This document shows positions 1-13,407 of a stretch of 64,000 nt of DNA, piece by piece (position 1 is the stretch's first letter; every line of letters starts with the position of its first letter). Both the position numbers and the translations under genes were made by a program. The stretch is taken from the NCBI RefSeq assembly GCF_006345805.1, contig NC_043022.1:16616001-16680000 (forward strand), written 5' to 3'. Origin of the DNA: Octopus sinensis. Its lineage: Eukaryota. The notes below the pieces were generated by a model. It was not told the origin of the DNA. It ran no database searches and saw only the letters and a list, made by a program, of their open reading frames with translations.

Positions 1-1580
1 GGGTCAGAGTGGCTCTTCCAGTGCGTCTCCCTTGTCACTCTCTGGGGCAACACCTTTTCCATTTTGTGTGCTGGGACCATGAGACAAACTGACAAGACTT
101 TTTAGATGCTTCTTAACTCTGAGGAAGAGGGATGACAAGATGGTTTAGAAATGGCCTTCATCAAATTTCAAAAACTATTTCATTAAGCATTATGAAACAA
201 ACTGAGTCAGGAATTTGTGTCTCTTCTTGGATACAAAAGACACCCTTCTGTGACTCTAGAGTCAGTAGAAGCATTTTTATGAATCTAGAATTAGTAAAAA
301 CATTTCTAGCAATTACAGTTATGTATTCGTTTTGCAAGATTATTGATGTGAATACGTGTGTTGAAACATATTGTTGTATTTGGGGATGGTCATGTTGCCA
401 GTTTAGCCAATAAAAACACTCACACTATATATTTGGTGTTCATTTGCTTCAGCTTTATTTCATATTTATTGTATTTCGGCCAGAGTCCTTTCATCACACT
501 TCTGTGACCTCATCAGTGGTCCTTTGCTTTCTTCTTTCTTTTTTGTATCTCTCCTTCCTAATGATCTGCCATTTTGTATACAAAATGGCAGATTGTTAGT
601 TATCATCAAGTTCATTAACATCAATATTGCCAGTTATATTGTTGATAATTATGGCTGTTTAGAGAAAGCAGGTCAAATTATTTCTTTATCCTAGTCATCT
701 GGGTTTATTGCATCAGAATTACTTGACCCCTATCCCCCTATTTGGGGCCAAGTAAGTGCATGCCAATGAGATGAGTTAAAGCTTAATTATCAAACTGAAT
801 TGTCCAAGAACCAAAGTTGACAGCTTCTGACTATGAGAGACACACAGACATCAAACATGTCTTTGAGAGAGTTGTGCATGTTACAAACTCTCTGTTTCTG
901 CTACTCCTGTAAACTCCCGAATCATAATCTCTTCCAGAGCTCATCAGCAGCGAAGACTAATCAGAATTGTAATGATACATCTTAGCCATCTCAAATACTC
1001 CACACCATTTGTCACAACCAATTCAATGCCTTTTATCTTCACATAACTAATGGTAAAAAAAAATCAGAGAATGAGTTTTATTTATTTTTTTAATGATAAA
1101 CACAGAAAATAAAACATATATAACAGACAGAACAGCCTCCACCCCACCCTCCCTCGCTGCCATCAGAAGTTGAAGGATAACTTGGTTAATGAGAGATGAA
1201 ACTAATTGTGATGTTTACTGAAGTATATATGTATAATTAAAGGATTTCTCTTTGTGAAGTTTTATGGACTAATTGCTGCGAAAGTATCTGAAACTAAATA
1301 CTAAAATATAAAGTGTAGAAGTTAATTGGAGATGAAGATGATGATGATGCTATTGCTGATGGTGGTGGTGGTGGTGGTGGTGGTAGTGGTGGTAGTGACA
1401 GTGGATATCGTTTTATTTCATTGTGGCTTTTCTTTCTCTCTCTGGTTTTTTCAGATGTTTTTGCACTAAATCATAATTTATTAATTAATAAAACTGGTCT
1501 GATGTATTTAGTGAGAAGGCAAAATAAACATCAAAATGCTGGTTGTTGCTGTTATTATTATTATTATTGTTATTATTATT

Positions 1581-1615
<35 letters not shown>

Positions 1616-2352
1616 TATCATTATTATTATTATTATTATCATCATTATTATTACTTATTTATTTATCTATATATTTTATTTATTTTTCTCACTATGAAAT
1701 AATAATAATGGATACAAAGATAAATATTTCTATAATTTCTTTAATGCTGATTTTTTTTGTATTTAAACAAAAATAAAAATAATAATAATCATTATTATTA
1801 TCATTATTATTATTATTATTGTTAGATTTACTGTCAAGTACTGAATATACATTAACAGTTTTCTGTTTGTATTTATTTATATGTTAAAAAACATCAACGA
1901 AATGAAATATATTGATAAATAACAATTAAAACTATTGTTGTTGTTGTTACTATTAAGGCAGGGTGCTGGCAGAATCATTGGAGCACCAGGCACAATGCTT
2001 TGTGGTATTTCCTGTGGAATTTTTACATTCTGAGTTCAAATGCCATCAAGATCAATTTAGTGTTTCATCCTTTCGAGGTTGATGGAATGAAGTTTCAGCT
2101 AAGTACTGAGGTCGATGTAACTGACTTTCCCCCTCCCCTCAAAACTTTAACCATAAAATAATAATTATGGTTTCATATTTTGGGGGAGGGATTATTGACT
2201 CCAGTGCATGACTAGTATTTATTTTATTGACCCCCCAAAAGGTAAAAGGCAAAGTTGACCTCAGTGGAATTTGAACTCACAACATGAAAATGGACAAAAG
2301 TGCTGCTAGGCATTTTGCCCAGCATGCAAACGATTCTGCCAGCTCACCACCT

Positions 2353-2417
2353 TAAATAATAATAATAATAATATAATAATAATAATAATAGTAATAATAA
2401 TAAAAAAAAAATAATAA

Positions 2418-2465
<48 letters not shown>

Positions 2466-2518
2466 TAATATAATAATAATAAAAATAACAATAATAATAA
2501 TAATAATAATAAAAATAA

Positions 2519-2573
<55 letters not shown>

Positions 2574-2708
2574 AAATAATAATAATAATAAAAAAAAAAT
2601 AATAATAATATAATATAATAATAAAAATAATAATAATAATAATAAAAATAACAATAATAATATAATAATAATAATAATAATAATAAAAATAATAATAATA
2701 AAAATAAC

Positions 2709-2773
<65 letters not shown>
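2353..2773. repeat. Long imperfect (AAT)n microsatellite
   Basis: Direct reading; source of the poly-I/L/Y pseudo-ORFs. Confidence 0.97.
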
Positions 2774-2775
<2 letters not shown>

Positions 2776-4264
2776 TTTGCAAATGTCATAGAGTTGGAAT
2801 TAAAGCCTCTATGGAGTGAGACTTTGTGATGTTTTGGTTCTTGTCCGGAACCATTTCCATTCCATTCTGTCTTTAATGCTCTGAGGAAAACCAACAACTA
2901 CAAATATGGAAAAAATGTAACTCATTGATATTTGTATAAAAAGCCTGCTTCTCTTAACACACATTACATTACTAGCACAGGTTTGATGGGTGCATAACAC
3001 TTAGATAGATTAAGGGCGGGTGGGGGGCAGTTTCTGCAGCTATGTTTCTTGTGTATAATTGTGAATCTATTTGAGCTGTAGTGGAGCAGATCTCTTGCCC
3101 TGGCGACAGATCTGTTCTGCTGGAACCAGACCTGCTCTTGCCGTTAATCAAGCGGTTACAAACTGTAAGAAAAGTCCCTGCATTAAACAACATTATACGT
3201 TACCAGAGTGTGGGTGTGACCAGTCAGCAATTGGATTCCTTCATCATCATCTTCATCATCTTCGTCATCATTATTTAATATCCATTTTCCATGCTGGCAT
3301 GGGTTGGATGGTTTGACCAGAACTGGCAAAAGACCGTGCCAAACTCTGCTGTCTGTTTCAGCATGGTTTCTATGGCTGGATGCTCTTCCTGACACCAACA
3401 TTGAGTAAAGATTTCTATCCAAGAAACCGTTCCCAGTCTTAATGTAAAGAAATTTGGTGTTTAATCTTCTATCTTTTCAACTAATTGTGAATTTAAGATA
3501 CAACTATTTATTGACCACTTTGTCTACGCCTTTCATCAGTTGCTTCAAGTAATTACAAAAATATCTTTAAATGTGGGAAATCCAAAGAAAATATCAAAAA
3601 TAACTTTCAGAGTTACAGAGGAAATGTTTATTCTGAAATGCAGAGATTTTTTGAATATTTTATTCTTTACTTCTGACGACTGTGGCCATGCTGGGGCACT
3701 GCCTTAGAATTTCTTTGTCCAATGAATTGACCCAATACTTAATCTTTCTTAAGCTTAGTACTTATTCTATTGGTCTCTTTTGCTGAACTGCTAAGTGACA
3801 AGGATGTAAACACACCAACACAGGTTGTCAAATGATGGTGGGGGAACAAACAGAGTCACACACACACATATACATATACGACAGGCTTCTTTCAGTTTCT
3901 GTCTTTACAAAGTGTGTCAAGTTGTTTTGTTAGTTGTTTTTTTTTTCGTCCATGGCACCAGCACTGGAGGGGTAGCCATATTCTTGACATGACTTCACTC
4001 TTCAACGTTTAAACTAGCCAGTTCAGGCCATAAGATTCTACTTGTTTCTCATTCGAACTGGCCAGATCCAGCCTCTCTCACCTACCTTGCAGTGTCATTC
4101 TAAATACAAACAATCCTGTAATCAAATATCTCAAAACTATGAGATAAGGATTAAATTAAAAGTAATGGGAATAAAGGAGCCTACCATTTGACAGAATAAT
4201 CTGAAAGGTGAAAGGGTTCCAAGACTTCCCAACCCCAAGTGTCTCTTCACTCAGCAACCGCTCT

Positions 4265-4497
4265 GCAGTGATGGCAGCATAAATGCTAGGGATGCGTGAT
4301 AAGGGGGGGATATTGCGTCTGTTGTTGCGTTCTGAGTTCAAATTCTGCCTAGGTCGACTTTGCCTTTCATCCTTTCGGGGTCGATAAATTAAGTACCAGT
4401 TACGCACTGGGGTTGATGTAATCGACTTAATCCATTTGTCTGTCCATGTTTGTCCCATCTGTGTTTAGCCCCTTGTGGGCAATAAAGAAACAGATAA
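4265..4497 (+). mobile_element. SINE family B (core TTCTGAGTTCAAATT...TTTGCCTTTCATCCTTTCGGGGTCGATAAATTAAGTACCAG)
   Basis: Core shared with copies at ~1957-2150(+), 2180-2352(-), 6798-6990(+), 8745-8930(+), 10790-10905(+), 25586-25785(+), 27350-27750(- x2), 44235-44365(+), 47988-48410(+), 49770-49945(+), 50530-50745(+), 50895-51110(+) and 57432-57570(+). Confidence 0.85.
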
Positions 4498-5182
4498 GGA
4501 GGGGATGTGTAATAGGAGTACCCAGTCTTTGGAGGTATGTGTATAGAGTGAAGAAGCTAAGACAATGATAAAAAGCAACATGGCCATCCACATAGAAATT
4601 GATTTTAATTCCTAATTGGAGGTCGCATGTATTGCGTATGAATGACTTATTAATAGAGCAGCTCAATGTAAGACGGTGAAAATGGAGTTGGATACCCTAC
4701 ACCATATTGTGGATGATGTGCAGACTTAATCAGTTGAATCAGACGAGTTCGATTATAACGAACAACTAAACCAAACTTCTTTTTGGCTTCTTTGATGTGG
4801 AAAGTAACATTGCTGTGGACGTTGTAACGAGGGTGGGGGGAACTGTATTTTTGTCTGTCTAATTGTCAAAATAATCATTCGGTTTATCAAAGTCACATTG
4901 ATCTGAGGTGGATGATATGTTTCCAGACTCAACAGTCGAGAAACGGTTTATTGGTTTTTGTTTTACTGATGGAGAAAATTGAAAGAAAATAGAAAAAAAA
5001 AAAGAAGGGGGGAGGCTTAATTTGATGGTTCTTAACAGAAACTCTAATTCTGCTTTGATTAAATACTTTCATTATCATCTACCAAACTCTTTTGGTATGG
5101 CTTATTATGTACAAGCTACTCTTTTGGTACCTACTATCTAGTATAAACTGAAACCTGTCTATATATACTCTCTATATAGACA

Positions 5183-5221
<39 letters not shown>

Positions 5222-5400
5222 TACATATATATACACATATATATATACATACACTCATCACTTAATGAAATTCTATTGAACAAGCTTTTATTACATAGTG
5301 TTTTTTTTTTTATTGCAACTAATTTTTGGTTATCAACTTCAAAAAAATCTCCCAGTAATTATTTATTTGGTTTATCATTAAAAGTTCTGTAAAGATTATG

Positions 5401-5570
5401 GTCTTCTTCTCAAGTGGTCTGACCTTGAGCAAGTCCTTCACACATGAAACCTCTCCACCACTCTTTAGTCTGTGCTCTTCTCTTCATTGAGTGCTACAAC
5501 TTCCTCTGCCTACCGTCATCCATCACCATTACTCTCTTTCTTCTCCCTCTTGGTCTTCTTGCCTCTATCA
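5401..5570 (-). mobile_element. RTE-clade LINE 3' end relic
   Basis: Translates to IEARRPRGRRKRVMVMDDGRQRKL*HSMKRRAQTKEWWR, matching the RTE ORF C-terminal (G)xRxRGR..D..MKRxAxxRxxWR pattern, with a short GAA tail. Confidence 0.7.
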
Positions 5571-6155
5571 CTATGCACAGAAGATCAGGGTAAAGTATGA
5601 GATTATGGTAAGGTATTATATTTCCCTAATGTCCCCTAAGAAATTTAAAAAACCTCTCTGGTAATTGTGCCATAAATGGCTTCTTAAGGCCATTGCTGCC
5701 AAACACCAGAAATCATTTAGGGTGATAAGAATCAGTTGATTTTCGTGGTTGATTTGGAACCGTGTTGGCAGGCTCTGAAGCATGAAAAAAGCCTCCTGCT
5801 AAGGGACCGATACTTTCTGGAGCATGTAAACAAGGAAGAAATTAGTTAGGAGTATTTAACTCTTTTTCTAACAAAGACTGGCTTTAGCTATATTTCTGTA
5901 TTGAACAGTATTGTGTGTGCCATGATTGAGTAACTAAGATGAAAGAGTGTATCCTGGTTACGAAACGTTCCATGATATTTCTGCAGAAATTCTTGCTAAT
6001 AACCATTTTGGTTTATGCCACATGGAAAGAAAAAACAAAAATCAATGTAATCAGGTTTGAATGGAAAAATAAAAATGAAAAGTAAATTTATCATAAATTG
6101 AATTTATTTTTTGCGATTGTGAACGTTGTAACATTGTAAATTTTGTTTATGTTCT

Positions 6156-6235
6156 AAATATAATTTCCCTCTTGTATGATAATCCAAAATATAATTTCCC
6201 TCTTGTACAATAAATCCAAAAGTAATTTCCTCCCC
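6156..6235. repeat. ~31-bp minisatellite, 2.5 copies (AAATATAATTTCCCTCTTGTA...ATCC)
   Basis: Direct reading. Confidence 0.85.
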
Positions 6236-6761
6236 ATTCGCTAAAGCTAACCACCCCACCCCCGTCCCTGTCCCCCCCCGATTGTATTCAGCCATTTAAT
6301 CAATCAATTAACACTTTATCCTTGAAATGAGAGTTTAGTGGATTCCATAGAATAGAGAAGATTCAAGGCTGAAATCACTTTTCCAGTGGAGATATCATAT
6401 TACCTACTATTTTTACTGGGACATTCTATATGTTTATTAACCGATTCCTTTCATGTGGGAGTCTTGTCTATAGAAACATTGCAGAGCAGTTCTTCTCATG
6501 CTTCCACCTTTTACAAACACATTTCTTTTCTCAGTGCACCCCCCCTTCCTTTCCCCCATTTTTAATATTTGTACATGTAATGTTAGACCACAGTAATTTG
6601 GATCCTGGTACTAGTTTGATATGGGTGGGGACCTACTACAGCACCACCCCAAAACAAGTAAATATTATAAACTATAGATTTATATATATTTCGTTTTGTT
6701 TTTATTTTACCTATTCACATTTCAAATTGTATTATTCTTACTATTATTATCATTATTATTA

Positions 6762-6797
<36 letters not shown>

Positions 6798-9512
6798 GGT
6801 GGTGAGCCGGCAGAATTGTTAGCATACTGGGTGTACTGCCTAGCAGTACTTCGCCCGTTGCTAGATTCTGAGTTTGCCTTTCATCCTTTCGGGGTCAATA
6901 AATTAAGTACTAGTGAAACACTGGGGTCGATGTAATTGACGAGACCCCGTCCCAAAAATTGCTGGCCTTGTGGCAAAATTAGAAACTAATATTGTTTAAG
7001 CATATGAAATTAATTTTGTAAAATAAGATACTTGTCTCTATGTTTTGTTTTGGTACCCACTATATATATATATTATAAATAAATGAGTGTATTTTTACCT
7101 TGTTAACAATTAACACGAAAAAAATAAATAAATAGTTACCAGGGCAACAAAATCTCACAAGTAAAGGTGTTGTATCAGTGGAATTTTCGAAACACGTGTC
7201 GAAAGTAAAAATATTTGATTACACCTGCGTTAACTCCATTTTTTTATTTATATATATATATATATAGATATATATATATATATACTGTTGATATCTCAGA
7301 AGCTGCACAATTTATAAACAATCTCTAAACAACATTTTGATTGACCTTCTCTCCAGTTGCCTTTAGGGAACATTTCTGAACTAGTAATGAATTGAACCTT
7401 CAACCATTACCTGCCAAGGTCACTAATCACTGACCTGCAGAGAAACAACTGCTTTAAAAACAACACACTCAGTTGGTGATTTAATGCTCCCAGGTTCAAT
7501 TCCTGTTTATGTGAATATCAAATGGTGAGTGGAAAGAATATTGATTGAAAGATTGTGTCAACCAATTCCGAGAGAAGCAAGATTCTTGGAATGACAGACC
7601 CCAGCATGAACTCAGCACCTGAAAAACACATACGAGATGATGTTCTTCATCCACTGAATATTACTGGTATCATTGGTATAATGTAACGAAAACACGTATG
7701 ATAACTAAACCCTTGGGTATACCCGACTACTTGTCCATATTAAATGGAAGCTATCGGTTGTTTATTAGATATTCTTTTACATCCCAAAAGTTTAATGTAA
7801 TACATCCTGGAAGTAAAATCTTACACCACCCGGCTGACACAGTTAAACTTTGGAATTCAACTTTAAAAAAATCAATATTTTAATCATAAGCTTCAAGCAC
7901 TTGGCATTCCAATGAATGAAATTCTATGTTTCATAATGTTTGAGATTCTGATGAATATAGTGGAACAAAAATATCACTTTGTTGGAGCATTTAAAATTTT
8001 TGTTTCTCTTTCTCCCTTGCGTAGAATATTCCTGTAAAATAAAGGAAATGGAAGCATCAAAGACAAACTCCTTTTGTGTAGTTCCTTGCTACTTTGGTTT
8101 GGCTGAATTCTATATATTTCATTCTGAAAAACTGTTCACACTCAAACAGAATCATTGAGTTGAGCACATCAAAGGTTTGCTTGCTTTCTTATCATAATAC
8201 AGCATAGATGTCAAATATCTTCAATAGGGTGTCATTGATAACAGTAAAAATGCAAGAGAAAAATAGATCATAGAAGATCAATGGTTAAATAGGGGGGAAA
8301 AAAATAGAACTTTCAATCAGGTGAAGAAAAGAAAGAAACACACCATTTGATTAACATAATCTGCGAGTCTATAGAATCAATAGTTATTAATACTGTTATA
8401 TTTCAGACTGTGTAATTAATAAGTCCATATACCTTATTTTTGTGTTTGGTAAAAGAAAAAAAAAAGAAAGAAAGACCAAATCACAGAGAATATGAGATAA
8501 AGAGGTGTTGTTAAGGTGTTTGAGGATTTTCAGCTGTGTCAGTGGCTTTCAAACAATTTTCTAAGGAGTCTTTTAATTTTCTCTCCAGTAAAACATTGTA
8601 CTTATTAATTTCTTAGATATGTGCAATGTTTTTGATTGCCAAAGAATAAGATAAATGGTCGTTCAGATTAGTCATGCCTTTCTCTGAATCATTGGCAACA
8701 TTAATAACAACAAACAGGAATACAATTTCATCATTGTTGGGAGCAGAGCAGTGGACTGTTAGATGCAATTGTGTGTGCTATTTACCTTTGTTCCTTTATG
8801 TTTTGGGTTCAAATCCTGCTGAGGTCAACTATGTGTTTCATCATTCCAGGGTGTGATGAATAAGAGAGCCTGCAGAGAACTGGGGCCTGTTTGCTCAGCT
8901 GTGTCCCTTTACTGAAATTTGTAGCCTTGTGTTGTTGATGGAAATAATTATTAAGGTTTATGAACAGATAATTAATCTTCTTTATCCAGGAATATTTAAT
9001 ATTAATGTGTGGATGTGGGTGTGTACAGTGTGTAATGTATAGTGTGTGTATGTATGCCATGTACTGTGTATCCAATGTGTGGAATGTGAATGTGTGTTAG
9101 AAAGGATAAAAGGAATTTTTGTTTAATTATTTTTCAAGAAATTATTTTTTTGTTATTTCTATATTTTCCCCCCTTTATCTTTCTAAATCCATTAATTTTG
9201 TGTAATCACCAATAACTGCTACCAATGTTTATGACGATGTGAACGTTAATGAACAGTATAGAATAATAGCCAGACCAACAGAATGTTTGTATAAACTAAA
9301 TCTTGTGCAGGTCTCATTATTCAGAATTAATTATATTTAAATCATTTCAGTTTATTGATTGATTTCTTTATTCAGTTTTCATCAGCACAAAGGCACACAC
9401 TCATACACACACGCACACACACACACACGCACACTCACACACGCACACACACACACACACGCGTGCACACACACACACGCACACACACACACACACACAC
9501 ACACGCGCGTGC

Positions 9513-9573
<61 letters not shown>

Positions 9574-9829
9574 TATGCTCAAAACAAAAGGAAAAAAAAA
9601 ATTAATCGTGTTTTTAGCCATTTTCAAAAACTGGTTGTGAATAAATGATAAAATTGGACGGACCTTGATGTTGATGATAGAAAATTTGAAGAGAATTGTT
9701 TGTTAAATGTCAATTAGGTTCCCATAAGATTTCGAGGGATTTTGTCACAGAATGTAATATAAATACTAAAACTGTTTTGTGTCTTTAGTCATTGTTCAGG
9801 AATTTCTGTTATTTGGAAGTGTCAGACAC

Positions 9830-10260
9830 CAATTTTGTGGTTAAGAAGTTTGTTTCCTGACTACATGGTTCCGTGTTCAGGCCCACTGCATGGCACCTCG
9901 GTCAGGTGTCTTCTACTGTAGCCCTGGGGCAATCAAAGCCTTGTGAGTGGATTTGGTTGATGGAAATGAGAGAAGCCTGTCAAATATGTATGTATATATG
10001 TACATAGGCATGTGTGTGTGTGTGTCCTTTTCTAGACACCAGATGATGGTTGTAAATGAGCATCACCATCATACAAGCAGGGTTGTTCATTTCCAGTTTT
10101 TTGTTTAAAAAAAAGCATGTCTGGGCATGATAAAATATTACCTGGCTTGGAAATGGGGTTGGCAACAGCAAGGACATCTGGTTGTTGAAAATCTGCCTCA
10201 ATAAACGCCATCTAACTCATGCAATCATAGAAAAGTGGACTTTAAATGATGGTGATAATA
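9830..10260 (+). mobile_element. Chimeric SINE: family A head + (TG)n + family C-type 3' tail ending (ATG)n
   Basis: Head matches family A. The tail ...CTCATGCAATCATAGAAAAGTGGACTTTAAATGATGGTGAT resembles the reverse complement of family C ends. Confidence 0.65.
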
Positions 10261-10273
10261 ATGTATGTAAGTA

Positions 10274-10319
<46 letters not shown>

Positions 10320-10324
<5 letters not shown>

Positions 10325-10790
10325 TATATTAAATTAGAGACAAAACCACTATTATGCAAATCAAACAATGAAAGACTTAAGCCAATACATAAATTAATTT
10401 ATATTATTTAGATATGTAACAATTATTAAAAAATATAATTAATATCCACTACGATCGTTTCCTGTCTTCTGTCATCAAATTTTTGAGTAGCAGACATTCA
10501 TCATATATCTAAATAATTATTAAAATAATTACTGTGAAGCATTGTGTAGAATGTATTGTAGAAAAGATTGTGGGTAAGGCCAAAACAATGCAAAGTAAAT
10601 GCAAGGTAAATCACAAGAAAACAAATGTGTGAATAAATGTAGACTTACCTTGTATTCGATATTTTGGGGTTATGACCCCATCCTCAAGAAATTGACAAAT
10701 GTTGCCAATGTGCACATCAGCAACATTCGTCAATTTCTTGAAAATGGGGTCATAGCCCTGAAATATTGAACACAAGGTAAGTCTACATTT
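10320..10790 (-). mobile_element. Probable PLE-derived terminal segment of a second family, anchored in (TA)n, ending in a 71-bp-arm fold-back
   Basis: Same architecture as the 35-kb element. Contains a mutated minimal HHR (10450-10478, -) and an inverted repeat 10635-10705/10720-10790. No coding remnant. Confidence 0.5.
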
Positions 10791-12739
10791 TGCCTTTCAT
10801 CCTTTTGGGGTCATTAAAGTAAGTACTAGTTGAACACTGGGGTCAATGTAATCGACTTTACCCCTTTCCCTCGAAATTGCTGGCCTTGTGCCAAAATTTG
10901 AAACCATTTTTAGATAAAAGAAAAACCATAGTCAACCCTTGTGGAGTTTTGAATTTGTGACATTAAGTTCATTAGATTTAAGCTTCTAATTTGAAACAGG
11001 TGTCATTTATATAAACTGCAATTCCTTTAATTGTATTTTAATTACACATGATGAAGATATCGGGTTCGTGGAGGGATGGAGTATTGCATAAAGGGAGGCA
11101 ACGCACAGAGCCATCTGGTGTGAAATTAAGTGCAAACATTGATTAATTTCTCCTCATAGACTTCTGAGATGTTGAAGCATTTCTGAGATGATCTTTATGA
11201 TTCTTCTCGTCACAGACAATTCTTCTTTCTCTCCCCAGAGATAGGGTGGTGGGGGGCGGGGTGGGGGTGGAAGAACAGCAAATATTCATCTTGGCAATTT
11301 CAAAATCTAATTGAGATCAGTGAATGTTTTAAAGGTGAAGCAGAAATACACAAACTGATGATTAAGAGGTAATTTAGTAAATAACTGAAGGCTTAATTAG
11401 GAAACTAGGTGACGAGTGTTTTGCTTATGGTCCTTGAATGTATGCTACTTGACTTCTGTTGGAGTGTGTGATGTGGGCAGATATTGAATACAAGAGATAG
11501 AGGAGGAGGAGGAGGAAGGGGCAAAGAAGAGGAGTGGTTGTTGAGAAGAATGGTTAATGTCAGTCATGCCTTCCTTTCCTTATTTCAACAATTTTTATAC
11601 TGATGTTCAATACTAATTTTGAAAATTGACTGACATAGAAAAGAGGCCCCTGTTCTGGATTTAGCGCTCCCCTCCCTAACAAATGATTAATAAACAAAGA
11701 AATAAATAAAACTAAAGGAGCCCCCCCCCTCCTCTAAAATATTGATACAAGCATGTGTATAATTCGTCTGCTTCATTACCTAAGCCTGTTTTATGGTTGA
11801 TTGACTATTTTTTTTTTCATCCTTCCTACTTCAACGAACTGATAGAAAATATCAAAGAAAGACACAGAAAAAAACGAGAGAATAGTGGTGGGGAAATACG
11901 TTAATATATTGTAATAATAAAGGGGAAAAAAAAGACTATATTGTACAATGGTTGGTTATGTGTTGATAAGAAGAGCATTAACAGAGCTTGATAAGGAATT
12001 TGATTGGTTTTGAGCTTCTACTATTTTTAATAGGAAGTTATTGCAGAACTAATAACAATTTGCTAATCTTGATTGCATTTCAGACAAACAAATGCATGTT
12101 CAACATAGCGATAAGAAATAATTCAATTTCTTGAATCTTCTGGAGCTTTCCAAATGGATTGCCAATGAAAAATCGTGAAGCTAGGCATAGCTAAATACTT
12201 TATATTAAAATAGTATCGTAATTCTGGCTTGTTTTGTGCAGGAGGCGAGTGGTGATGTGTCGGAAGAAAAGAATACAGAACTGTTTTGAAAAACACTGCT
12301 TTTCATGCGGGATATCAAAGGAATTGTTGTTTTAGCTTTTGTAGGAGTTTTTATTGTAGTTTTAACATTTATTTTATTCCATTCCATTTAATTTCCCTTT
12401 ATTCTAATCTCTTCATCCTTGTTTGGGCAATGGCAGAATTAAGCAAGGAAAATTTATGTTTACAGTATTGTTTCAGCCCTTTTTTTTCTTTGTTCCCCCC
12501 ACCCCGCCCATCCTCTTGTTGCTTTTTTTAAAATTTTTTTTAAAGTATCTGCTATTACAACACTGATTTTACATCACTGCTGGGAATTGAAAACGTTCTG
12601 GTTTATGCAGTGTGTGATGATGTAAGGTTGGTATTCAGGTGTTTCCACTTATGAAATCATTTGTGGGAGTCAAAGGCACAGCTTGGGAATACCTCTTGCC
12701 ATTAAACTGCCTTGTGTTCCAGTTTCCTCATGGATGGTT

Positions 12740-12930
12740 ATATGTGTGCCTGTTTATATGTATGCGTGTATGTATTTATATGAGTGTGTGTGGTGTGCAT
12801 ATGTATATGTGTGTGTTTATATATATATATGTATGTATGTCTATATACGTATGCTTATATATATATGTATGTGTATACTTACAAAATTTTTGTATTTATA
12901 TATGTATATATATATATGTATATATATGTA

Positions 12931-12961
<31 letters not shown>

Positions 12962-13200
12962 ATATATATGTATATGTATATATATATATGTATATATATG
13001 TATATATATATATATATGTATATATGTATATATATATATATGTATATGTAATATATATATATGTATATGTATATATATATATATGTATATATATATATGT
13101 ATATATGTGTATATGTGTGTGTGTATATATATATGTGTGTATGTATGTATGCTTATATATGTGTGGTGTGTGTGTATATGTGTGTGTGTATATATATGAA
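12740..13200. repeat. Compound (TA)/(TG)/(TATG)n microsatellite
   Basis: Direct reading. Confidence 0.97.
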
Positions 13201-13369
13201 TACATACTCGAAGTTTATAAGTTCAAAATCTATCTTTGATCTTGTGTAAACATATTTATTTCCTTGCCCTAGTGAAAAAGAAACTCTCTCTCCTTCTCTC
13301 CTTTCTCTCCCTCCTTCTCTCCTTTCTCTCCCTCCTTCTCTCCTTCCTTTTTCTCTCTCTCCTTCTCCC

Positions 13370-13407
<38 letters not shown>

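Noticed and set aside
1-260. Possible RTE LINE scraps on either strand
   Set aside because: The similarity (GR-rich fragments) is too weak to assign strand or family.
1421-2897. Long poly-L/I/Y ORFs (also at 12639-13249, 31629-31996, 43875-44274, 53121-53568 etc.)
   Set aside because: These are translations of (AAT)n, (TA)n, (CA)n and (ATCT)n microsatellites, with no splice or homology support.
7185-7206. GAAAC-ACGT-GTC palindromic stem III-like motif in a TA-flanked segment
   Set aside because: No CTGANGA core or stems I/II upstream.
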